Shown here: one piece after another, positions 12,146 through 25,121 of the stretch | Layout of the letters: every line of letters begins with the position of its first letter | How positions within the stretch are numbered: the first letter of the stretch is position 1 | Position numbers and translations under genes: made by a program | From: Malacoraja senta | Taxonomy: Eukaryota | NCBI GenBank assembly: GCA_038087875.1 | Contig: CM075997.1 | Coordinates: 3,846,001-3,910,000 of the forward strand | Direction: 5' to 3' | DNA length: 64,000 bases | The notes under the pieces: generated by a model | Told to the model about the DNA's origin: nothing | Databases searched by the model: none | Seen by the model: the letters and a program-made list of their open reading frames with translations, nothing else

Positions 12146-14528
12146 TAACTGTGGCCTTACCAAAGAATGGGATTTCCTCTTGGATGTTTCGAGATTTTAA
12201 AAAGCTGTTTTTCATGTTATTTTGAACGATTGTATCATACTTAAGATATTTCCAAATTACGGGGAGTTTTAGGGCTCAAATTACTAAATTCTGGATCATT
12301 TGTTGGCGATTAGGTAATTAACTGTGCTCTGATTTCATCGAGAGATAATCAAGAAGGGGAAATAATGAGATTAAATTTTAATTTCTGGGAATATAATGGG
12401 AAGTAAATTATCCACCGGATATAACCAAAGATGGGAAAGACTGTTTTGTTTAGTCTGAAGATAGAGCGCGGAAACAGGCCGTTCGGCCCACCAAGTCCAC
12501 ACCGACCAGCGATCTCCGCGCATTAACACTATCCTACACCCACTTGGGATACATTTCACATTTATACCAAGTCAATTAACCTACAAACTTGTACGTCTTT
12601 GGAGTGTGGGAGGAAACCGAAGGTCTCGGAGAAAACCCACGCAGGTCACAGGGAGAATGTACAAACTCCGTACAGACAGCACCCGTAGTCGGGATCGAAC
12701 CCGGGTCTCTGGTGCTGTCGGACAACCATGCTGTTTGCTCTACAAATAGGTGAACTTGCTGCCAATTAAGCAATAAGTTACAACTGGGATTGTTTTCACA
12801 GAAAACATTTGACAAACTGATTCTTGAACATGTTCAGAGGATTTGATTTAAAGCATTTCCCACGAATGTTATCCAAATTTCTCCAGAACACACTCGAGAA
12901 TCTGTTTATCAAATGCTTTGTTTCTGTGAATAGAAACCCCGATTTACTTTGGACTTTAGAGATACAGCGTGGAAACAGGCCCTTCAGCCCATCGAGTCCG
13001 AGCCGACCAGCGATCCCCGCACTCTCGCACGATCCTACACACACTAGGGACAATTTACAATCTTTACCAAAACCAATTAACCTGCAAACTTGTGCTTCTT
13101 TGGAGTGTGGGAACGGTCACGGGGAGAGCGTACAAACTCCGTACAGACGGCACCCGGAGTCAGGATCGAACCTGGGTCTCTGGCGCTGTGAGGAAGCTGC
13201 CCCATGCTTGGCGTGTCTGAACCAACAAGTCTTAAAAGTATCATATCGCTGTCTCAGGTGCCAGGAACCTTTAACTATGTGTGGAAGGGAACTGCAGATG
13301 CTGGTTTAAACCGAAGAGAGACACAAAATGCTGGAGTAACTCAGCGGAACAGTCACCATCTCTGGAGAGCAGGAATGGAACCGTTTACTCTACCAACCAG
13401 TGTGACCAGCTCTGATCACTGACTGTAATGAAGGCTCACCCATGGCTAGATAACATGTCCCTGTTGACTCTCAAGCCTTTTCATGACTTTAAAAACCTCT
13501 GCTTTGAAAACCTTTGGCTTCTTGAGGTGATCGAAGGTTATAAGGTCATAAGGGATAGGAGTAGAATTAGGCCATTCGGCCCATCGTCTACTCCGCCATA
13601 CAATCAAGGCTGATCTATCTCTCCCTCCGAACCCCATTACATAGAAACATAGCAAATAGGTGCAGGAGGAGGCCATTCGGCCCTTCGAGCCAGCACCGCC
13701 ATTCATTGTGATCATGGCTGATCGTCCCCAATCAATAACCCGTGCCTGCCTTCTCTCCATATCCCTTGACTCCACTAGCCCCTAGAGCTCTATCTAACTC
13801 TCTCTTAAATCCCTCCAGTGACTTGGCCTCCACTGCCCTCTGTGGCAGGGAATCCCATAAATTCACAACTCTCTGGGTGAAAAAGTTTTTTCTCACCTCA
13901 GTCTTAAATGACCTCCCCTTTATTCTAAGATGACCTCCCCTTTATTCTCCTGCCTTCTCCCCATGACCTCTGACGCCCGTACTAATCGGCGCGTGCAAAC
14001 TCCACACAGACAGCACCCAAGGTCAGGATCGAACCTCTCAGGCGCTGCGAGTCCGGTGTCCTCTCCCCATAACCCCGGACACCCGTACTGATCCCAAATG
14101 TTGTCAATCTCCGAGTCTGGGACTGGGATGTCTGAACCGAAAAAGTAACGGAATTTTTAGCAGGTTGGTTCGAGTATGTGAACTGTCCTCCGGGCTTTTT
14201 GGGTTGGTCTGTTTACAAGGAAGCAATCTCAATTTGAAATTCTCAGTCTTTCCAACTACCAACTGAGAGGAAGCTCTTTACGATAATCAGTCGAGTGTGA
14301 CTGACATGTGCTTACTAGTCCAACTTTGATCCAGTTTACAGAAAAATGTTCTTCCCCTCCTCTTTGGTACTGAAATAATTTATCGCATCTGAGGCCATGT
14401 TTTCTGGGAAGTGTCCCACGATTTGACCCTCTCTGAGGAAGGGTCAACAAGTTCAGAGTCCTTGCAATGGGACAGAAGACTTATGTTTGTAACCCAGCCT
14501 CTCAGTTGCCCCAAGGATAGACACAAAG

Positions 14529-14931
14529 CAAAGACCCTACAGCGAACAAGATAGCCCACTCGACGAAAAAGACATAGTACGGTCATGGGCAGATTCATGG
14601 GTAATTTTCGGCCCCATTTCCGTGACCGGCTTCCGTCTCCGCACCAGAGATCCCGTCATAGCGGAGCAAAGATACTAGTGCGGAGACGGAAGCCGGTTAC
14701 GGAAACATCCTCGTAAAAATAAAAGCTCTTTGGGAAAAATCTTCTCCTCATTTTCAGAATTTTAATTTATTAACACAAACTGTTCCCCCGCAACGTTGAT
14801 TACACTGCGGGTCGGGTCCGGTTTACGGAAATGGATGGAAAAAAGGCCCACGTTCCCCTCCGTTGCGTACTACACGTCAGCCCATTGCATTTAGCAGGAG
14901 TGGTCTATCTTGCTCCGATATAGGATCTTTG
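14529..14931. mobile_element. hAT-type non-autonomous DNA transposon (MITE), copy 1
   Basis: Imperfect TIRs of about 33 bp (CAAAGACCCTACAGCG... / ...TATAGGATCTTTG) and an 8-bp TSD, ACACAAAG. Confidence 0.85.
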
Positions 14932-15098
14932 ACACAAAGTGCTGGAGTAGACAATAGACAACAGACAACAGACAATAGACAATAGATGCAGGAGTAGGCC
15001 ATTCGGCCCTTCGAGCCAGCACATTCAATGTGATCATGGCTGGTCATCCCCAAGCCAAGTACGATGGTCCTTTATTGTCAACAATGCACAGCCCACAC

Positions 15099-15397
15099 GG
15101 GCGGTCACGGTGGCGCAGCGGTAGAGTTGCTGCCTTACAGCACTTGCAGCGCCGGAGACCCGGGTTCGATCCCGACCACGGGTGCTGCCCGTACAGAGTT
15201 TGTACGCTCTCCCCGTGACCTGCGTGATCTCCGGTTTCCTCCCACACTCCAAAGACGTACAAGGTTGTAGGTTAATTGGCTTGGTATCGATATAAAATTG
15301 TCTCTAGTGTGTGTAGGGTCGTGTTAGTGTGCGGGGATCGCTGGTTGGGCCGAAGGGCCTGTTTCCGTGCTGTATCTCTAAACTAAACTAAACTAAA
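15099..15397 (+). mobile_element. tRNA-derived V-SINE (HE1-like)
   Basis: A/B boxes, V-domain and (TAAAC)n tail. Confidence 0.85.
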
Positions 15398-18300
15398 TGC
15401 ACGGTCGCCATAGTTCGATGCCGTTTTCAAAGAAAAGTCTAGAGTTCAAAGTCGGGTCCACATGTGGGAAGTATTGGAGTGCCCCCGGGATTTAGGTAGG
15501 GCAGGTAGGCCCAGGTAGGCCCAGGTAGGCCCAGGTAAGTCCAGGAAGTTCCAGGCTGCTGCAGGCCGGTGACCCAACGTCCTCTCCTCTCCCAGGCAGG
15601 GGGGGGGTCTCCTTCAGCCAACCTTGAAGGCGCTGGAGCCAACACCCCAGACCCTCCCCACCAGCCCACTCCTCACGTCCCTCGTCACCAACAGTTCCTT
15701 CCTCCACAACCCTCTGGTCTAGGGAACTTCTGAGCTTCCCCCTGCAGGCCGTAGCTCAACATAGACAATAGGTGCAGGAGTAGGCCATTCAGCCCTTCGA
15801 GCCAGCACCGCCATTCAATGTGATCATGGCTGATCATCCAAAATCAGTTCCCCGTTCCTGCTTTCTCCCCATATCCCTTGATTCCGTTAGCCCTAAGAGC
15901 TAAATCTGTCTTGAAAACATCCAGTGAGTTGACCTCCACTGTCTTCTGTGGCAGAGAATTCCACAGCGGGCCCGTCTTTGCCGCGGCGAACCAAGCTTGT
16001 CGCCGCAGGTGGCCCCGGGTACGCCGGGCGTACGCTCTCAGCCGCAGCCGCCAAATCCATCCTTGCACAACTCTACAGCGCCCGTCAGAAGCTTCTGAGC
16101 TCTCAATGCTACTTGGGTACAGACCCAGAAACATCACCCATTCCGTGCTCCCCAGAGACACTGCCTGATCCGCTCCCCTCCAGAGATGAGATATTCCAGC
16201 ACTTTGTGTCTATCTTTGTTCTAAACCAGTAACCAGTCCTGGATGTGGAGAGGATGTATCCACTAGTGGGAGAGTCTAAGACTAGAGGTCACAGCCTCAG
16301 AATTAAAGGGCGTACCTTTAGGAAGGAGATGAGGAGGAATTTCTTTAGTCAGAGGGTGGTGAATCCGTGGAATTCTTTGCCACGGACGGCTGTGGAGACC
16401 AAGTCAGTGGATATATGAAGGCCGAGATAGATAGATTCTAGATTAGTGCGGGTGTCAGGGGTTATGGGGAGAAGGCAGGAGAATGGGGTTGGGAGGGAGA
16501 GATAGATCAGCCATGATTGAATGGCAGAGTAGACTTGATGGGCCGAATGGCCTAATTCTGCTCCTATCACTTATGACCTTATGATACCAGCATCTGCAGT
16601 TGATTTTTATAATTATATCCATTTTGCCCGGTCTTGTCGGGTTCTGTAATTCCTTTCTTTAGTTACATCTTTCAATTTGGACTCTGTCAGCGTTGCCCAG
16701 CCATTCACTGTGAGGATCAGCACGGTTCATCAAATAAGGAGGCAAATTAAGTATCAGGTTGATGGTATATCTGGAAACCTAAAACAATGCATAAACAAGG
16801 AGCTGCAGATGCTGGTTTACAAAGAGGAAAAATAAATCGGACTTTACCTTGCACTAAACGTTATTCCCTTTATCCTGTTTAAGAAGGAACTGCAGATGCT
16901 GGAAAAATCATAGGGAGACAAAAATACTGGAGAAACTCAGCGGGTGAGGCAGCGTCTATGGAGCGAAGGAATAGGTGACGTTTCGGGTTGGGAACATTCT
17001 TCAGGCATACCTCTGGCCCATACTTCTAGAAACTTTTGCTATCCATGTACCTGTCCAAATGTTTTGTAAATATTGTTATCTGGCAGCTGGTTCTACACAT
17101 GCATCAGCATCGGTGTGAAAAATTCACTCCTCAAACTCTTGATAAAATTTAGTTTGGTTTAGAGATACAGCATGGAAACAGGCCCTTGATTACTGATGGG
17201 GGACAACAAGGCTGGAGAAACTCAGCAGGTGAGGCAGCATCTATGGAGCGAAGGAAATAGGCGACGTTTCAGGCCGAAACCCTTCTTCAGACTGATGTGA
17301 GGAGCCAGAGGGCTGAGGGAGAGCTGAGAAGGGGAGGAGAAAGTAGGGACTACCTGAAATTAGAGAAGTCCATGTTCATACCACTGGGGTACAAACTACC
17401 CTAGCGAAATATGAGGTGTTGCTGATTATTGATCACTGGTCGGCACAGACTCGGTGGGCCGAAGGGCCTGTTTCCGCACTGTATCTCTGAATTAAAAACT
17501 AAACTGATGACCTCATTAGCAGAATTGACAGGGTATCAGGTAATGCCCATTTAATCAATTAGTTTTAATTATTTTTAATTGATTTTTAATGAATAGATTC
17601 AGCCTTACTGCCTGCCTTAGCAGCTGGCATCGGCAAGATCAAGGCTGTGTCAGCCATTGAAAGGATTTGTGAGGCAGCTCATAAAGTGGGGACTTAGTTT
17701 AGTTTAGTTCAGAGATACAGCTTGGTGACAGGCCCTTCAGCCCTTCGAGTCCAGGCCAACCATCGATCACTCGTACACTGGGGAACATGACAGAAGCCTC
17801 CTCGTGGCGCTCCCTGGAAGCGACGGCGCGATGCACTCTGTGACGCGTCGGGTGACCAATTCTGTCAACATGTTGGACGACGACAGAGCTATGTGTCGTC
17901 TGATACACGAGCGAACAAACTCGTACACTAGTTCCAATTCTATTTGGAAATTAAATAGTTATTTTATGTTATCTAAATAAAATAAATGTAACTTATTGAA
18001 TTGAACAATAAAATGATAAAATTATTTAATTGCATTATTGATCAATCAATCAATCAATTAATTAATTAACTGGCACATTTATTGATTCTTTATGTGATAC
18101 AGGATTAATTATTTCTTAATTCAAGATTCAAGAGAGTTTATTGTCATGTGTCCCAGATAGGACAATGACATTCTTGCTTAGCTTCAGCACAACAGAATAT
18201 AGTAGACATGAATACAGAACAGATCAGTGTGTCCATATACCATTATATAAATATATACACACATCAATAAATAAGCAGATATTGATTAATTCATTAAATG

Positions 18301-18691
18301 ATAATTTAATTTCAATTACATTTTTATCCCAATTACCCACTCCCAAGACACCAGGGGCAATTGGCAGAAAAAAACCGTACACACCCGCACGTCTTTGGAA
18401 TGTGTGAGGAAACCGGAGCACCCGGAGGAAACCCACGCGGTCACGGGGAGATCGTACAAACTCTGTACAGACAGCGCTCGTTGACTGGATCGAACCTGGT
18501 TCCTTGGCGCTGTAAGGCAGCAACTCTACCGCTGCGACACAGTGCCGGCCATAGATTGTTTGAAACTTGTGTGAACAAGCGCCCGGAGACCACAGGAGGA
18601 TTTTACTCCAGAACCTCTTACTTATCAGCCGGCTGGTATCCAAAAACCCAAGCAAAATCTCTGCTGCCTTACTCTAACCGAATATGATAAC

Positions 18692-18891
18692 NNNNNNNNN
18701 NNNNNNNNNNNNNNNNNNNNNNNNNNNNNNNNNNNNNNNNNNNNNNNNNNNNNNNNNNNNNNNNNNNNNNNNNNNNNNNNNNNNNNNNNNNNNNNNNNNN
18801 NNNNNNNNNNNNNNNNNNNNNNNNNNNNNNNNNNNNNNNNNNNNNNNNNNNNNNNNNNNNNNNNNNNNNNNNNNNNNNNNNNNNNNNNNNN
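18692..18891. other. Assembly gap (200 N)
   Basis: A run of exactly 200 N, which suggests a fixed-size scaffolding gap. Confidence 1.
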
Positions 18892-19183
18892 TCAGAGCCG
18901 ATGATGGACTGGGCAGTGTTTACTACTTTTTGCAGTCTTTTCCTCTCCAGGGCGCTCAAGTTGCCGAACCAAGCCACGATGCAACCGGTCAGCATGCTCT
19001 CTACTGTGCACCTGTAGAAGTTAGAGAGAGTCCTCCTTGACAAACCGACTCTCCGTAATCTTCTCAGGAAGTAGAGGCGCTGATGTGCTCATTTTACAAT
19101 AGCATCAGTGTTTTCGGACCAGGAGAGATCTTCAGAGAGGTGCACGCCCAGGAATTTGAAGCTCTTGACCCTTTCCACCATCG
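18892..19183 (-). mobile_element. Rex1/Babar-clade LINE fragment abutting the gap (3' UTR piece at ~18120-18280)
   Basis: VERVKSFKFLGVHLSEDLSWS and NFYRCTVESMLTGCIVAWFGN. Confidence 0.8.
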
Positions 19184-20114
19184 AATAGCTGTAAGTAGAG
19201 GTTAGGCCAAACTCGCAACGATTGTCCCTCACTTTAGAGATACGCTGCGGAAACAGGCCCCTTCGGCCCACCGAGTCCGTGCTGACCGGTGATCACCCCG
19301 CATCCCAGCACCAACGCTCTCCCTGCGACCGCGTGGGTTATCTCCGGGCACTCCGGTTTCCTCCCTCATCCCAAAGTCGAGCAGTTGGTAAATTAATTAG
19401 TATTTAGACTGTGGAGATACAGCGGGGAAACAGGCCCTTCGGCCCACCGAGTCCGTGCCGGCCAGCACACTAGCACTATCCTAGACACTGGGGACAATTT
19501 ACAATTTTACCGAAGCCAATTAGATCAGAATAGATCGGGTAGACGCACAGAGTCTCTTGCCCAGAGTAGGGGAATCGATGACCAGAGGACAGAGGTTAAA
19601 GGTGAAGGGGATAAGATTTAATAGGAACCTGAGGGGTAACGTTTTCACACAGAGGGTGGTGGGTGTATGGAACCAGCTGCCAGAGGAGGTAGTTGAGGCT
19701 GGGACTATCCCAAAGTTTATGAAATATTCAGACATGTACAAGGATTGGACAGGTTTGGAGGGATATGGGCCAAATGCAGGCAGGTGGGACTAGTGTAGCT
19801 GGGACATGTTGGTCAGTGTGGGCAAGTTGGATCAAAGGGCCTGTATAACTCTATGACTATATAACCTACTGGAGTGTGGGAGGAAACCCGAGCGCCCGGA
19901 GAAAACCCACACGGTCACGGGGAGAAATACAAACTCCGCACAAACAGCGCCCGTAGTCAGTATCAGAACCTGGGTCTCTGGCGCAGTAAGGCAGCAACTC
20001 TACCGCTGCACCACCCTGCCACTCCTGGAGCATCAGAGGCTGAAGGGAGACCTGATAGAAGGATATAATGTTATGAGAGGCATACTGTAGATAGGGTAGA
20101 CAGTCAGAACCTTT

Positions 20115-20345
20115 ATGCATGCGTGTGTGTGCCTGCGTGCATGTGTGCGTATGTGTACGCAAGTGTGTATGCATGTGTGTGTGTTGTGTGTTGTGTGTGT
20201 ACGTGGATGCAAGTGTGCATGTGTTATGTGTGTACGTGGATGCAAGTGTGCATGTGTTATGTGCGCACGCATGTATGCATGTGTGTGTATTGTGTGTAAT
20301 GTGTGTGTGTACATGTATGCATATGTTTGTGTATGTACATATATG

Positions 20346-20379
<34 letters not shown>

Positions 20380-20800
20380 TGTGTGTGCAAGTGTGCATGT
20401 TTGTGTGTGTGTGCAAGTGTGTGTGCTTGTGTGCCTGTGTATGTGTGTGCGTGTTTGTGTGTGCATGCTTGTGTGTGTGCAAGTGTACATGTTTGTGGGT
20501 GTGTCCATGTATGTGCATGTTTGCGTGTGTGCATGTGTATGCGTGGACGTGTTTGTGTGTGTGCGTGTGCATGTGTGTGCGTGTGTGCAAGTGTGCATGT
20601 GTGTCCATGTATATGCGTGTGTGCATTTGTATGCGTGCGCGCGTGTGTGTGTGTGTGTGTGTATGTGTGTGTGTGCAAGTGTGCATGTTTGTATGTGTGT
20701 CCATGTATGTGTGTGTGTGCATGTGTATGCGTGCATGTGTGTGTGTGGCCATGCATGTGCGTGTGCGCGCGTGCGTGCGTTAGCGTGTGTTGTGCGTGTC
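20115..20800. repeat. Degenerate (TG)n / alternating purine-pyrimidine microsatellite
   Basis: GT/GC/AT alternation over about 690 bp. Confidence 0.95.
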
Positions 20801-21304
20801 TCTCTAAAGTCTAAAGTCACTGTCTCTGCAAAGTGTTCCAGATCGCAACCTTGCCCAAGATGCAATGACATCCATAAACCCGCCTGCACCCTTCCCCGGG
20901 AGGGAGGGCGGGAGGGAGGGACTGGTGCCGAGACAGAAGCAGAGCGACGAGGTTTCCACCTTGGGGCATCTTGGCTTGCTGTGGTTCCCCTCGGGGGTAT
21001 GGTGCAGGACGGTGCATGTTCTACACACTGCAACACTGTGGAACGCGCTGACTGAAGAGGAAACACTGCCACTGTAAACTCCACTCATCCCTGCGTGATG
21101 GACACCGGGGAAATGGTTCATTGTCCCATCAAGATTTCCCCGATACCTTGACGGTTCCCAACACCGCGCCCACCCGCCCCCCCCCCCACAGCGAAAATCT
21201 CCTCAGCCCATGAAGGGATAGTATTCTCTGGGAAATTCCTATCACACACTTTCAGGCAACTGAAACCAGCTCATGGGATTGCTCGGAGTTGGTGCTGTAG
21301 GAAC

Positions 21305-21723
21305 AAGGACCTGCATAGTCATAGTGAGGAAACAGGCCCTTTTGCCCAACTCGCCCACACCGGCCAACAATGCCCCAGCTACACTAGTCCCACTTGCCCG
21401 CACTTGGTCCATATCCCTCCAAACCTGTCCCATCCATGTACCTGTCCAACTGTTAAACGATGGGATAGTCCCAGCCTCAACTACCTCCTCTGGCAGCTCG
21501 TTCCATACACCCACCACCCTCTGTGTGAAAAAGTTACCCCTCTGATTCCTATTAAATCTTTTCCCCTTCACCTCGAACCTATGTCCTCTGGTCACCGATT
21601 CCCCTACTTTGGGCAAAAGACTCTGTGCATCGACCTGATCTATTCCTCTCATGATTTTGTACACCTCTATAAGATCTCCCCTCATCCTCCGACGCTCCAT
21701 GTAATAGAGACCCAGCCTACTCA
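21305..21723 (-). mobile_element. CR1/HER1 LINE 3' fragment; related copies at ~6220-6577(-), ~10360-10830(-) and ~19528-19865(+)
   Basis: ORF SRLGLYYMERRRMRGDLIEVYKIMRGID...RVVGVWNELP. The 3' end GGGCCGAAGGGCCTGTTTCC is shared with the SINE tail. Confidence 0.88.
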
Positions 21724-22499
21724 ACCTTGTGTATTAGAGTGCAGATGTTCTTTTTTATGTATTAAAGATGCTTTTTAATACACAAAATGACAGAGAGTTG
21801 GAGCAACTCAGTGGGCCAGGCAGCGGCCATGGAGAACATGCACAGGTGATGTTTTTGGATCAAGATCCTTCTTAGAGATAGAGTGATACAGGTCATAGGG
21901 TGATACAGGTGGAAACAGGCCCTTCAGCCCAACTTGCCCATACCGTCCAACGCCCCCATCTTCTCTAGTCCCACCCGCCTGCTTTTGGCCCACATCCCTC
22001 TAAACCTAAGCTGTCGCATCGTTTAAGAAACATTTGGACAGGTACATGGATAGGACAGGTTTGGAGGGAGATGGACCAAACGTGGGCGGGTGGAATTAGT
22101 GTAGATGGGATACGTGGGTTGAATGGGCAAGTTGGGCCGAAGGGCCTGTTTCCACACTGTATGGTCCGGTGACTCTATGACGTAATGAGGAGGGAGAAAT
22201 TGGATTGAAACTTTACCCAAGTCAGTTGACCTAGAATCCTGCACGTCTTTGGAGTGTGGGAGGAAACCGGAGCTCCCGGAGAAAGCCCACGCAGGTCACA
22301 GTGGGAAGGTACAAACTCCGAACAGACAGCAGCCGTTGTCAGGATTGAACCCAGGTCTCTGGCGCTGTACGGCAGCAACTCTACCGCTGCGCCGCCGTGC
22401 CACTTCTGGCAAACTTGTGACATAATCTCCCTTGAACAAAGCCATGCTGGGTAAAGCTCCAGTATTCCGCCGCGTTTTTACCCCTGTATGTAAGGGGCA

Positions 22500-23310
22500 G
22501 GAAGCGCCGTTGAAGCTCCAGAAAGGAGCAGTCAAGGGTCACTAGCTGGCCCCGCAAGAGCAGCTTGTTGAACCAGGCTTGCAGTAATGGCAGGCGTGAC
22601 CTGTCCAGTGAGCCCCGCTGAAGCTCCGAAGGAGTAGCTGGCCAAGGGAGCAGCCTGTCGATCCAGGCTGGGAGAAACTAGCAGCGCGATCTGCACAGTC
22701 AGCTCCAGCAAAGGCTCCAAACAAGGCAGAAGGCCCGCAGGAGCAGCCTGTCGAGGCAGGCTCGGAGTAATGGCAGGGGCGTCCTGTTCAGTGAGCTCCG
22801 CTAAGGCTCCGAAGGAGCAGAAGTGGCCGAAGGAACGGCCTGTCAAACCAGGCTGGGAGTAACTGGTAGCGTGACCTGCACAGTAAAGCTCCAGCAAGGC
22901 TCCAAAGAGGCTGTAGGCCAAAGAAGCAGTCTGTCCCATTGGGGCTCAGAAATGCTGGCAGGCGTGCCTTGCATGCAATGTCGCTTTTGAGCTCCGGAAA
23001 AGAGCGGTTTGGCAAGCGTGGGGCTGAAGATGTGGTCAGACATGGTCTGCAATGGAACTTCGCTGAAGCTCCAACAAGCAGGTCGACCTGGGCTCTGAGA
23101 CGCTGGCAGGGAAGGTCTCTTTACTAATCTCCGTAAAACTCTGAAATGGAGCAGTCTGTCGCCCCGGGTTTGGATTTATTGGCAGCATGGTCTGTCTAGT
23201 ACCTTTCACTGTCTCTGGAGAAGAGCAGGTTGATGCAGAGACATTGGCAGGGTGCCTTGCATAGCAACCTCTGTACGTTCCAAGTAGGAACAGTTTGGCT
23301 ACCCTGGTTC
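22500..23310. repeat. Degenerate tandem repeat, ~90-bp units grading into ~73-bp units
   Basis: GAGCAGCCTGTC-like anchors at 22558, 22648, 22741, 22833 and 22924, then at ~23002, 23077, 23149 and 23223. Confidence 0.75.
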
Positions 23311-23591
23311 AACAGTAGTGCCATTTTGGCCTAATCACCCATTGTAGATATGTCTGCCGAAAGAAGCTCCTATATTTACTCGAAGACACGAGCGGTGGCT
23401 AGTTCAGCCTATTTCCCGTGCAAATATCATTGCATGGTTGTATGGGAAGTTTGTGAAGAGATACATGTGAGGTGCTTTAAACAGAAGTAGCAGAGGTTTG
23501 TGGTTTCAGTTTGGGATTAAGAGAAGCAATTATGTTATAGCGCAATTGACACTGCTCTTGTCGCTTTGTCATTGTATCGAGTTCTTTGTAG

Positions 23592-24125
23592 GAGGAAGGA
23601 CATTCTTGCTATTGAGGGAGCCCAGCGTAGGTTTTTACAAGGTTAATTCCCGGGATGGCGGGACTTTCATACGCTGAGAAAATGGAGCGGCTGGGCTTGT
23701 ATACTCTGGAGTTTAGAAGGATGAGAGGGTATCTCATTGAAACATATAAGATTGTTAAGGGTTTGGACACGCTAGAGGCAGGAAACATGTTCCCGATGTT
23801 GGGGGAGTCCAGAACCAGGGGCCACAGTTTAAGAATAAGGAGTAAGCCATTTAGAACGGAGACGAGGAAACACTTTTTCTCACAGAGAGTGGTGAGTCTG
23901 TGGAATTCTCTGCCTCAGAGGGCGGTGGAGGCCGGTTCTCTGGATGCTTTCAAGAGAGAGATAGATAGGGCTCTTAAAAATAGCGGAGTCAGGAGATATG
24001 GGGAGAAGGCAGGAATGGGGTACTGATTGGGAATGATCAGCCATGATCACATTGAATGGCGGTGCTGGCTGGAAGGGCCGAATGGCCTACTCCTGCACCT
24101 ATTGTCTATTGTCTATTGTCTATTG
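23592..24125 (+). mobile_element. CR1 LINE 3' fragment, (ATTGTCT)n-tail subfamily
   Basis: ORF2 C-terminus (ERLGLYTLEFRRMRG..., RTRGHSLRI, RVVSLWNSLP) followed by the tandem-repeat tail. Confidence 0.92.
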
Positions 24126-24467
24126 ACAACAAATGATTGTTTATTCACCCACTGTGAACTAAGGTTATGAAAGGTGTCTTTTATATGAACATCTAAAGCC
24201 TAGATTCAAAGTAGTGGGATTATGCAGATATTGTGTAGTCCTCGTGTTGGAGCAGTATCTTTTAAGTTAATTAAGCTTCTGGCAACTGATTTCTGCACAA
24301 AGAACACAGTCTTTATTCAATGTCTGGCTGGATCTCTGGGTCATATCTGACATAAGGATAGCTTTTATGAATTAACTCATGAAGCAAATGGGTATGGTTG
24401 GGTAAGTTGGAGTTGACAGCAAACCCACCAGATCGTAGATTGGGGGTATTGATTATGTAAAAAGGTA

Positions 24468-24932
24468 AGGGCCTGTCCCACGAGCGAGCGCGACCAAACC
24501 GGAAGCGGGGGCCGCGCGGGGCTTGCGAGGAGGTCGAGTGATCCCCGTACAAGGCCGGTCCCACCAGCATGTGCCTGCATGCGGCGAGCTCGACCAAACC
24601 GGAAGCGGGGGCCGCGCGGGGGTCGAGTGAGTGACGTGAAGTTCGAGCGAAGTCCGCGGGAAGATCGCGCGTGACGTACGGCGTCAAGAGGCTGCGTACG
24701 GCGTCAAGACGCTGCACACGCCCATCCAGGCGGTGCGCACGGCGTCGAGGCGGCTGCGGGCCGGCAGGCCGTTGCCGCGGCGGACATTTTGAACAGTGTC
24801 GGGACCAGCTCCGCACAACTCCATACGGCTCCGGCGATCGAAGTGGGACCGGCCCCGCGAGGCCGCACGGCTCAAGCGACCACATTAGGTAGCGCTTGCC
24901 GCATGCAGTCGCATGCTCGTGGGACATACCCT
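24468..24932. mobile_element. PIF/Harbinger-type MITE, GC/CpG-rich variant
   Basis: TIRs AGGGCCTGTCCCACGAGC / GCTCGTGGGACATACCCT, TSD GTA and an internal direct repeat CGACCAAACCGGAAGCGGGGGCCGCGCGGG. Confidence 0.75.
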
Positions 24933-25121
24933 GTACACTGAGCTTACTAGTACCTATGAAACGAAGAATAGTTTCTTCATAGTTATTTAATAACTTCACA
25001 AGAGGTCCTTGGTGCAGACTATTTCAAGATGGATAGAGTGTAAGCAACTAAAAGCGGGTGACTCACTTTACCACGGAGGGGGGGGGGGCTGGTTCATTAC
25101 CAGCCAATAGAATGGCTGCTT

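Noticed and set aside
12795..12930. Apparent cluster of STAT (TTC..GAA) sites
   Set aside because: It is explained by the arms of a degenerate palindromic repeat.
18669..19043. ORFs spanning the N-run
   Set aside because: They are artefacts of translating the gap, and adjacency across it is unverified.
19866..21084. Long ORFs (220-296 aa) rich in His/Thr or Cys/Val
   Set aside because: They are translations of a (TG)n/(CA)n microsatellite that lacks stop codons.
24313..24999. 228-aa ORF and apparent CpG island
   Set aside because: The GC-rich part lies within a TIR- and TSD-bounded MITE, with no recognisable protein motif.
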